A DNA stretch of 64,000 bases from an uncultured Candidatus Saccharibacteria bacterium (lineage in GTDB: Bacteria > Patescibacteriota > Minisyncoccia > Phycocordibacterales > UBA1550), in the NCBI GenBank assembly GCA_964457625.1, contig CAYWES010000002.1, forward strand, positions 30,239-94,238, written 5' to 3'. The notes beneath the pieces are model-generated. The model had not been told where the DNA came from. It made no database searches and was given only the letters and a program-made list of their open reading frames with translations. The position numbers and the translations under genes are program-made. Of this stretch, positions 36,931 to 44,731 are shown piece by piece; the first letter of the stretch is position 1; every line of letters begins with the position of its first letter.

Positions 36931-37671
36931 ATGACTAATCAAGAGAAGGTCCAAGTGGGTCACATGCACCCCATCACTCAAATGATTCGTGAAATCACGG
37001 ATTCGTTTGTTGCCATGGGATTTGAAATTGCGGATGGACCGGAAGTTGAGAGCGAGCATTATAACTTTGATGCGCTCAATGTGCCCAAAGATCACCCCGC
37101 GCGCGATATGCAAGACACGTTTTGGGTAAAAGGCGTTCCCGAGACCGTGCTTCGTACGCACACGTCCTCGATCCAAGCACGCTTTATGGAGACACACACT
37201 CCTCCTTTCAAGATTGTCGCGCCGGGAAAAGTGTATCGCTACGAAGCCACCGACGCCACGCACGAGACTCAGTTTCATCAGATTGAATGCCTTGTCGTGG
37301 GAGAGGGGATTTCTCTCGCGCATCTGAAACACACGCTTCAAGATTTTTTCAAGAGAATCTATGGGGACAAGGTTGTCGTGCGTACGCGCCCAAGCTTCTT
37401 CCCCTTTGTGGAGCCGGGGGTTGAAATAGATATCTCTTGTTCAAAATGTGATGGCGCGGGATGTGGTATGTGCAAGCACACGGGGTTTATTGAGGTAATG
37501 GGTGGAGGCATGGTGCACCCCAATGTTCTCAAGTCTGTAGGCATTGATCCGCGCAAGTACACGGGCTTTGCCTTTGGCGGAGGAATAGATCGTCTCGTCA
37601 TGCTTAAATACGGCATTGATGATGTGCGCCTTCTGTATTCTGGCGATCTTCGCTTGGTGAATCAATTTTAA
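36931..37671 (+). CDS. pheS: Phenylalanyl-tRNA synthetase alpha subunit (short form)
   Basis: Class II motifs FDALNVPKDHPARDMQDTFW and GGG...FAFGGGIDRL. Confidence 0.9.
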   Translation: MTNQEKVQVGHMHPITQMIREITDSFVAMGFEIADGPEVESEHYNFDALNVPKDHPARDMQDTFWVKGVPETVLRTHTSSIQARFMETHTPPFKIVAPGKVYRYEATDATHETQFHQIECLVVGEGISLAHLKHTLQDFFKRIYGDKVVVRTRPSFFPFVEPGVEIDISCSKCDGAGCGMCKHTGFIEVMGGGMVHPNVLKSVGIDPRKYTGFAFGGGIDRLVMLKYGIDDVRLLYSGDLRLVNQF

Positions 37672-37677
37672 TACGAC

Positions 37678-40050
37678 ATGAACATCCCCATTTCCTACAA
37701 CTGGCTCAAATCTCATTTTGAGAAAGAGATCCCTTCTCCCGAGGAGATTTCGCGTCTTTTTATGCTACACCTCTGCGAGGTTGAAGGTATGGAGAAAAAA
37801 GGGAGCGACACGATTTTTGATCTCAAGATTCTCCCTGATCGTGGGCATGATCTCCTCGCACATCGCGGGATTGCGCGCGAGGTCTCAGTGCTCGCGGGTA
37901 TCCCACTCCGCCCTCTTCCGAGCGCTCCCGATGTACGCGGTGTCACTACTCCTCTCCGCGTGACGGTAGAGGATTCTCAGAGGTGTCCGCGCTACATGGG
38001 GCGTGTTATTTCCGGTATTACGGTGGGAGAATCTCCCACATGGCTCAAAGAGCGCCTTGAGTCCGTCGGACAGCGTTCAATCAATACTATTGTTGATGTC
38101 ACAAACTTCGTCATGCTTGAGCTCGGACAGCCGATGCACGCATTTGATGGAAGCAATATTGAAAAGCGTGATGGTGCATATGAGATTGCCGTGCGCGGGG
38201 CGCAAGAAGGTGAGACCATGACTACACTTGATGGAAAAAATCTTGTCCTTACATCCGACACGCTTGTGATTGCGGATTCCGCTCGCGTGCTCGCGCTTGC
38301 GGGGATCAAAGGGGGGAAGGCGGCGGAGGTTGGGTCTTCTGCAGACACGATCATTCTTGAGTCGGCAAACTTCAATGCCGTAACCACCCGTCGTACGAGC
38401 GCGCGTGTAGGTATTCGTACTGATTCATCAAAGCGCTTTGAACATGAGCTTTCGCCCGCGCTCGCCGAGCAGGCGATGGATCTTGCAAGCGCACTCATCC
38501 TCGAGCTTTGTCCTCGTGCAGAGCTGGGGGAAGTGGTGGATGTTTGCGCTCAGTCGCCAAAGCAGTACAAGGTTGGTATTTCTCTTTCGGAGCTGAACGG
38601 GATTTTAGGCTCATCGTTTGAGAAAAAAGAAGTAGAAGACCTTCTCATGCGGATTGGTTTTGAATACACTGTCGTACCTAATCCTCTTCAATTTGTACTC
38701 GCAGAGGCACCAAAGCAAGCAGGGAAAGCATATCGCCTTGATGCAAGCGTTCTCCATGATGCGCCCGAAACATTTGATTGCTCAAGTTTGGTGGCGTACC
38801 TTTGGAAAGAAGCGGGAGTCTCCCTACCGCGCATGTCGGTGGATCAGATGGTGTTTGGAGATCCTGTCGAAGAATCAGACATGAAGCCGAGCGATTTGGT
38901 ATTTTCAAACAGTGAAGAAGGTGCGATTTTTTATGAATCACAGGAATGGATGCCCGGGACGCCCGTACCCGAAGGCATTGATCATGTGGGAATCTACCTC
39001 GGTGATGACAAAATCATTCACGCATCACGCTACAACGAACACGGCGTTGAGATACAGACTCTTTCAGGTAACCCAATCTTTAAAAAAATCGTAGGGATTC
39101 GTCGTGTCGCTCATGCTGATGAAGAGCGTTTTGTGATTACTATTCCCCTTGAGCGCCTGGACTTGCGTATCAAAGAAGATATTGCAGAGGAGATTGGTCG
39201 CGTGTACGGATTTCATAATATCCCTCCCGCACCGCTTCCTGAGCTTTCTTTTATCCCGAGCCATCTCAAGGCATACTACTACGCGGGCAAGATTCGCGAT
39301 GCACTCGTCACCGCAGGGTTCTCAGAAGTCTTTACCTATTCGTTCCAAAACACAGGCGCATTTGCCGTGGAAAATCCGATAGCAGAGGACAAGGGCTTCT
39401 TGAGAAAAGACCTCGCCACGGGAATCCGCGACGCACTCGTGATGAACGCGCGTCATGCACCCCTTCTCGCACGGGATGACATCAAGATTTTTGAAATAGG
39501 AGCCGTGTACCCCGGAGTAATGGAAGAAAAGCTCTCCTGTGCTATCGGCGTGGAGCTCACCAAGCAGGGAAAGAAAAAAACCGAGCTCACGCGTGCTGAG
39601 CTTGAGAATGCGCAAAAGATAGTGAGTGAAGTACTCGGCGTATCGTTGGATGGGGTATTTACCGAAAACACGTTTGAGTTTGAGTTCGGCGCGCTTCTCG
39701 CGAATCTGCCTGAGATACCTCCTCAGGAGAAAGGATTTGTTTCCGCAGACACGCGCTACACAAAAATCTCCGCGTATCCCTTTGTCCTCCGCGATATTGC
39801 TCTCTGGGTACCTGAGCACGTCTCAAGCGATGACATTGTGACGCTCATTCGGGAGGAGGGAAGCGAGCTCCTCAAAGTGGTGCGCCTCTTTGATGTGTTT
39901 ACCAAGGAATTCCCCGAAGGCAAAAAGACCTCCTATGCATTTAATTTGGTCTTTCAGTCACACGAAAAAACACTCTCCGATGATGAGGTAAACGCTATCA
40001 TGGAGCGCGTCACGCATCGTCTCACCGCCAAAGAATACACCGTGCGCTAA
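37678..40050 (+). CDS. pheT: Phenylalanyl-tRNA synthetase beta subunit with an inserted NlpC/P60-like domain
   Basis: B1, B3/B4, B5, B6/7 and C-terminal FDX-ACB-like regions are recognisable. Residues ~345-476 match NlpC/P60 (DCSSLVAYLW...PSDLVFS...HVGIYLGDDKIIHAS). Confidence 0.9.
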   Translation: MNIPISYNWLKSHFEKEIPSPEEISRLFMLHLCEVEGMEKKGSDTIFDLKILPDRGHDLLAHRGIAREVSVLAGIPLRPLPSAPDVRGVTTPLRVTVEDSQRCPRYMGRVISGITVGESPTWLKERLESVGQRSINTIVDVTNFVMLELGQPMHAFDGSNIEKRDGAYEIAVRGAQEGETMTTLDGKNLVLTSDTLVIADSARVLALAGIKGGKAAEVGSSADTIILESANFNAVTTRRTSARVGIRTDSSKRFEHELSPALAEQAMDLASALILELCPRAELGEVVDVCAQSPKQYKVGISLSELNGILGSSFEKKEVEDLLMRIGFEYTVVPNPLQFVLAEAPKQAGKAYRLDASVLHDAPETFDCSSLVAYLWKEAGVSLPRMSVDQMVFGDPVEESDMKPSDLVFSNSEEGAIFYESQEWMPGTPVPEGIDHVGIYLGDDKIIHASRYNEHGVEIQTLSGNPIFKKIVGIRRVAHADEERFVITIPLERLDLRIKEDIAEEIGRVYGFHNIPPAPLPELSFIPSHLKAYYYAGKIRDALVTAGFSEVFTYSFQNTGAFAVENPIAEDKGFLRKDLATGIRDALVMNARHAPLLARDDIKIFEIGAVYPGVMEEKLSCAIGVELTKQGKKKTELTRAELENAQKIVSEVLGVSLDGVFTENTFEFEFGALLANLPEIPPQEKGFVSADTRYTKISAYPFVLRDIALWVPEHVSSDDIVTLIREEGSELLKVVRLFDVFTKEFPEGKKTSYAFNLVFQSHEKTLSDDEVNAIMERVTHRLTAKEYTVR

Positions 40051-40056
40051 GTCTCT

Positions 40057-40602
40057 ATGATTATTTCTACTCCGTATTACTCTCAATATCTGGATGTGGG
40101 AGATTCTTTTTGGAAAGAGCGGACATGCGCGATTGCGTGCGCAAAGATACTCATTGAGACTGCGGGAGGAAGCGCGCCGGGGCTTGATGTGATGACGATG
40201 CGCGGGATTGAGCTTGAAGCGTATGATCCGCGGTTTGGCTGGATTCATGACGGACTCATTCGCCTTGCGGAAGAGTATGGCACGACGCTTACGCGCAAAG
40301 AATGGCGGACAAAAGAAGATGAAAAGGCGCTCAAAGAGAATCTCAATCAAGAGGGAATTGCATTTTTAATTGAAACACTCAACACAGGGCGCCCCCTCGC
40401 AATATCCACGATTCGCACCTTCACCGAGCAAGAGACATTTCATATGGTGGTCCTCGTGGGATATGAGGAAGGGATAGAGGGAATCGGGGGCTTTTACTAT
40501 CACGACCCGGATGCGCATACGCGCGAGGACGGGATGAACCGTTTTGTTGATATTCAGACCTTCAAAAACTCTTGGCGTTGTATGGCTATTTTTGCCCCAT
40601 AA
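40057..40602 (+). CDS. Peptidase C39-like (C39_2/BtrH-like papain-fold) protein
   Basis: YYSQ...C nucleophile context (TCAIACAK), the His motif HMVVLVGYEE and YYHDP. No signal peptide. Confidence 0.55.
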   Translation: MIISTPYYSQYLDVGDSFWKERTCAIACAKILIETAGGSAPGLDVMTMRGIELEAYDPRFGWIHDGLIRLAEEYGTTLTRKEWRTKEDEKALKENLNQEGIAFLIETLNTGRPLAISTIRTFTEQETFHMVVLVGYEEGIEGIGGFYYHDPDAHTREDGMNRFVDIQTFKNSWRCMAIFAP

Positions 40603-40684
40603 ACACTGTTGCAGAAGGCATTTTTATGCTATACTGGGTGCATAGCAAAGGATGCCTCATAGGGGTATTTTTGTTTACTACACA

Positions 40685-42745
40685 ATGGCGAAAAAAGCAC
40701 CCACAGGATCATACGGAGCAGAGGACATTGTCGTTCTCGAAGGGCTTGAGCCGGTGCGCAAGCGCCCGGGTATGTATATTGGATCTACGGGTCCCGAGGG
40801 TCTCCACCACCTCATTTGGGAAATCTTTGACAACTCGCGTGACGAGGCGATGAACGGTCACGCAAACCACATTGAGGTTGCGCTCCTTCCGGGAAATCGC
40901 GTACGTATCGTTGATAATGGTCGCGGTATTCCCGTGGGCATTCACCCAAAGACAAAAGTCTCTGCGCTTGAGACAATCATGACCACCCTCCATGCCGGAG
41001 GAAAGTTTGAAGGCGCAAACTACAAAGTCTCCGGCGGTCTCCATGGAGTGGGTGCGTCCGTGGTAAACGCGCTCTCTGTCGCGACCAAGGTAGAAGTACA
41101 CCAAGACGGCTCGGTGCATATGCAGGAGTACGAGCGTGGCAAGAGAAAGTCCGCGGTGAAGGTTGTCGGCAAGACGAAATTTCGCGGAACTATTGTGACG
41201 TTTGAGCCGGACGAACTCATTTTCAAAGAGATGGGGTGGAGCTGGAATCAGATTGTGAGCCACCTTCGTCAGCAGGCGTACTTGGTAAAGGCGCTCCGCA
41301 TCACGGTGATTGACGCGCGCGAGTACACCGGGAAGCTCAATCTTGAAAACGAGGCATACCTCGGTACCTTTGGACTTGAAGTCCCTTCTATGTCATTTTA
41401 CTTTGACGGAGGACTTGTCTCCCTCATTCGTTTTTATAATCAATACCAAAAGCCCGTTCACAAGAATATTTGCCATATTGATAAAGAAGTGGACGAGGTA
41501 CAGGTGGAAGTCGCGATTCAATATATTGACGACATCGCGTCTCGCGAGCTTGCTTTTGCAAACAACACTTACAACGCCGAAGGAGGTACGCACGTCACGG
41601 GATTTCGTACCGCGCTTACGCGCAAGCTCAATGACTACGGACGCAAAAACGGCTTCATCAAGGAAAATGACGAAAACTTCACCGCAGACGATGTACGCGA
41701 AGGTCTCACCGCCGCAATCTCCGTCAAAATGCGTGAGATTCAGTTTGAAGGGCAGACAAAAGGCAAGCTCGGAAGCGTGGAAGCGCGTGGTGCTGTTGAA
41801 AAGGCGTTTGGTGAAGCGCTCGGACTCTTTCTTGAAGAAAATCCTGACGACGCACGCGCGATTATCAACAAAGTAGTCCTCGCGCTCCGTGCGCGCAAGG
41901 CGGCAAAGGCGGCAAAGGAGTCCGTCCTCCGCAAGGGCGCCCTCGAGGGGCTCACCCTTCCTGGTAAGCTTGCTGACTGTCAGACTTCAAAAGCGGAAGA
42001 ATCTGAAATCTTTATCGTAGAGGGAGATTCCGCGGGTGGTTCTTCAAAGCAGGGTCGTGATCGTCGCACACAGGCGATCCTTCCGCTCAAGGGTAAAATC
42101 CTCAATGTAGAGCGCGCCCGTCTGGACAAAATGCTCGCGTCTGCCGAGATTCGTTCGCTGGTCATTGCCATGGGGTGTGGTATCGGTGATGTGTTTGATG
42201 TTGAGAAGCTTCGCTATCACAAGATTATCATCGCGACCGATGCCGACGTCGACGGAGCGCATATTCGCACGCTCATTTTGACGCTCTTGTATCGCTATTT
42301 CCGTCCCGTCATTGAAGGCGGATATGTATATATCGCACAGCCTCCTCTGTACAAGATTACCTACAACAAGCAAGTACACTACGCGTACTCCGACGAGGAG
42401 CGTGACAAGACGTATCTCACGCTGGGCTTCAAGCAGGAAGATTTTGCAAACGTAGATACCGCGGAAGCGGAAAACCAAGAAGGTGCGGGCGAAGAAGCGG
42501 AGGAAGAGGTCGTCGCAAAGAAAAAGAAACTCCCTTCAACCCAGCGCTACAAGGGTCTCGGTGAAATGAACCCCGAAGAGCTCTGGGAGACGACGATGGA
42601 TCCAAAGACGCGCGTCTTGAAGCAGGTGACTATTGAGGATGCGGTGGACGCGGACCGCGCCATCAACGTGCTCATGGGTGAGGATGTTGCGTCGCGCAAG
42701 TCCTTTATTCAGTCCAATGCCAAAATGGCAAATATTGATGTATAA
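40685..42745 (+). CDS. gyrB: DNA gyrase subunit B
   Basis: GHKL ATPase motifs (HHLIWEIFDNSRDEA, GGLHGVGASVVNALS), the TOPRIM EGDSAGGS, and C-terminal PLxGK and QRYKGLGEM. Confidence 0.9.
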   Translation: MAKKAPTGSYGAEDIVVLEGLEPVRKRPGMYIGSTGPEGLHHLIWEIFDNSRDEAMNGHANHIEVALLPGNRVRIVDNGRGIPVGIHPKTKVSALETIMTTLHAGGKFEGANYKVSGGLHGVGASVVNALSVATKVEVHQDGSVHMQEYERGKRKSAVKVVGKTKFRGTIVTFEPDELIFKEMGWSWNQIVSHLRQQAYLVKALRITVIDAREYTGKLNLENEAYLGTFGLEVPSMSFYFDGGLVSLIRFYNQYQKPVHKNICHIDKEVDEVQVEVAIQYIDDIASRELAFANNTYNAEGGTHVTGFRTALTRKLNDYGRKNGFIKENDENFTADDVREGLTAAISVKMREIQFEGQTKGKLGSVEARGAVEKAFGEALGLFLEENPDDARAIINKVVLALRARKAAKAAKESVLRKGALEGLTLPGKLADCQTSKAEESEIFIVEGDSAGGSSKQGRDRRTQAILPLKGKILNVERARLDKMLASAEIRSLVIAMGCGIGDVFDVEKLRYHKIIIATDADVDGAHIRTLILTLLYRYFRPVIEGGYVYIAQPPLYKITYNKQVHYAYSDEERDKTYLTLGFKQEDFANVDTAEAENQEGAGEEAEEEVVAKKKKLPSTQRYKGLGEMNPEELWETTMDPKTRVLKQVTIEDAVDADRAINVLMGEDVASRKSFIQSNAKMANIDV

Positions 42746-42783
42746 AGGGAGAGAAGGTATACTAAAGAAGGCCACAAACGCTT

Positions 42784-42933
42784 ATGGAAAGAATCAAGAA
42801 CGTAGTATGGAATAAGAAGAGCAAAGTTGTTATCGCGCTCATTGTGGTTGTTCTTGCTATCTATGGAGGATTTATGTGGAACAAAAAATCAGCGCAAGCA
42901 CCTGAGACGGAAGCACCTTTCTCGGTAGAGTAG
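42784..42933 (+). CDS. Small single-TM protein (49 aa), putative
   Basis: ATG ORF below the track threshold with one hydrophobic helix (VVIALIVVVLAIYGGF). Located between gyrB and the next gene. Confidence 0.3.
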   Translation: MERIKNVVWNKKSKVVIALIVVVLAIYGGFMWNKKSAQAPETEAPFSVE

Positions 42934-42982
42934 GTGAGTCGTGCGACAAAGATTATCGGGAGACGTAACTTTTAGTAATAAT

Positions 42983-43219
42983 ATGAGAATCATTGGTATT
43001 GTATTTCTTGCCGTAGGTATTATTTCACTTTTGGTGAACTACGGTATTGTAAGCCCCGCAACATGGGCAATCGTATGGCCTATCGCTTTGATCGTCGCGG
43101 GTATCGTCATCCTCACCAAGGCGTATCACCGCTCAGGATGCGGATGTGGCGTCTGTGGTATCGGCGGAAAAAAGAAGCATGTGTGCGCTACGGGGGACTG
43201 CAAGGATTGCGGTAAATAA
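42983..43219 (+). CDS. Small membrane protein with a Cys-rich C-terminal tail
   Basis: Two TM helices, then CGCGVCGIGGKKKHVCATGDCKDCGK. Followed by a strong terminator. Confidence 0.45.
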   Translation: MRIIGIVFLAVGIISLLVNYGIVSPATWAIVWPIALIVAGIVILTKAYHRSGCGCGVCGIGGKKKHVCATGDCKDCGK

Positions 43220-43252
43220 GATCCTTTTTTAGCATCAGTACATGATGTACGG

Positions 43253-43290
43253 AAAGCGGGCGAGACCGAAGGTCTCGCCCGCTTTCTCTT
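43253..43290 (+). terminator. Rho-independent terminator
   Basis: AAAGCGGGCGAGACC-GAA-GGTCTCGCCCGCTTT (15-bp perfect stem) followed by a T-rich run. Confidence 0.8.
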
Positions 43291-43299
43291 TCCCCCATA

Positions 43300-43331
43300 T
43301 TGACATTCGTATGGGGGGGGGGGGCTATGAT
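43300..43331 (+). promoter_or_regulatory. Promoter-like module: TTGACA, 20-nt spacer containing a G12 tract, then TATGAT, immediately before the membrane-protein ATG
   Basis: TTGACA at 43300-43305, G12 at 43313-43324, TATGAT at 43326-43331, ATG at 43338. Same architecture and flanks (ATTGACAnTCnnAnG-Gn) as the module at 35533. Confidence 0.45.
43313..43324. repeat. G12 homopolymer tract
   Basis: Twelve consecutive G, read directly from the sequence. Confidence 0.95.
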
Positions 43332-43337
43332 GTTAGG

Positions 43338-44159
43338 ATGAATGAACAAAAAGTTGAAAAGGGCGGTAGTAAGGACTTAGCGTGGTTAATGTTGGTTATT
43401 TTTTCTTTGATTGCTGCTTCTCGTGCGCTTGATTTCGAACTATCTCACCCATTAGTTGTCCCTTCTGGGCTTTCTTTTATGGGGCACTCAACGGTTTTCA
43501 TTGTTTTATCTCTTGTTCTTGCTCTTATTTTTTATTCAGTACCGAGGAAATTATTTAGTAAAAGCAAGGTATCCTTGTTTGATTATAATACAATTGTCGT
43601 TGCCTGTATTTTCTTGGTGCTATTATCTCTAGCCCAGTCGCAACCTTCATATAAACAACAATATCGTGGGAGTAGCCTAAATCAAACTCACTCGGAGCGA
43701 ATAGTTTCAGAAGATGTATATCGCAGTGACCAATATGGGTTTGAAATTAAATTTCCTAAAAATTGGGAAGTTCACACTGATACTAGGTATCCAGGGATAG
43801 AAGCTTTTTCTCCAGATACCACCACAAGCATACGCATAGCATCTGTGGATTTTTCTCATGAGGATATTTCTTCCATAAAAGACCTGGGACCGGTGAGCTT
43901 TGTATCAAGAATGATTGCTGCAACCATAGAAGAAGAAGGATCTAGTAATGTTAGAATCATTAATTATGGAGAAAGGAAAGTTAATGACGCACCAGCTTAC
44001 TGGACAGAAGTTTCTTTTTATGGCGGAACACTACTCGCTTACTCTATTTATGAAAAAAATAAATTTTACCAAATTGTTGGTTCCGTAACTCAAGGTGGGA
44101 GGTATGAAGACATAAAAAAGGATTTTGTGGACGTATTCTCAACTTTCCGTGTTCTTTAG
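43338..44159 (+). CDS. Membrane protein with a C-terminal extracytoplasmic domain, hypothetical
   Basis: Three predicted TM helices. AT-rich coding sequence. A G12 tract and a TTGACA element lie immediately upstream. Confidence 0.5.
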   Translation: MNEQKVEKGGSKDLAWLMLVIFSLIAASRALDFELSHPLVVPSGLSFMGHSTVFIVLSLVLALIFYSVPRKLFSKSKVSLFDYNTIVVACIFLVLLSLAQSQPSYKQQYRGSSLNQTHSERIVSEDVYRSDQYGFEIKFPKNWEVHTDTRYPGIEAFSPDTTTSIRIASVDFSHEDISSIKDLGPVSFVSRMIAATIEEEGSSNVRIINYGERKVNDAPAYWTEVSFYGGTLLAYSIYEKNKFYQIVGSVTQGGRYEDIKKDFVDVFSTFRVL

Positions 44160-44173
44160 ATAACGCCGACATT

Positions 44174-44728
44174 ATGAGAAACATCTGTGACGTTGAGAGT
44201 GAGATTATCGACCAAATACTAATTAGCGAGACTTGTTTTGATGTTTGTAAGGAGATTCCTATATTAAGTGGAAGAGGAAGTGACTTTTTACCATTTTACT
44301 ATAATCTGAGCCTTTCTAAGGGGATTCTCTTGCTCAACAGCTTATTGGTTACACCAAGAGATGACGAACTATCTATAAGATATTTCCTGAATCTCTATAA
44401 GCAAACACATCCAGCTAAGGATTTAAAAGAGATTGAGGCGAAGATAGATACTCTCAGGCTCTCTTTTAAGACTATGTATCCAGTGTCGCTAAGACATAAG
44501 ATGGTCGCCCATCTTGATGACAAGTTTAAACATGGAGATTTTACATGTGCATATCTTGTCCCTGAATCTCTTGAAAAATTTAGAGAAATTACAAAGGATC
44601 TAAAAGAGGTTATTTTTACTATTACAAATTTTTCTATAGATTATCCTCATCACGCGAATATAATGAGACAAACGAAAATTATAGTTGAGCAAATTCTAAA
44701 GGAATCTGAAGAGCGACTTTCGCTATAA
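44174..44728 (+). CDS. Hypothetical alpha-helical protein with a possible HEPN-like Rx5H motif
   Basis: AT-rich ORF containing RHKMVAH. No confident family. Confidence 0.4.
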   Translation: MRNICDVESEIIDQILISETCFDVCKEIPILSGRGSDFLPFYYNLSLSKGILLLNSLLVTPRDDELSIRYFLNLYKQTHPAKDLKEIEAKIDTLRLSFKTMYPVSLRHKMVAHLDDKFKHGDFTCAYLVPESLEKFREITKDLKEVIFTITNFSIDYPHHANIMRQTKIIVEQILKESEERLSL

Positions 44729-44731
44729 GGG

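Noticed and set aside
40709-41263. Minus-strand ORFs inside gyrB (also 17514-18098 and 18020-18310 in ftsZ, 44996-45565 in thrS, 49309-50115 in dnaE, 58877-59317 in rnr, 63172-63807 in atpA)
   Set aside because: They lie entirely within strongly conserved housekeeping genes on the opposite strand. They are judged spurious.
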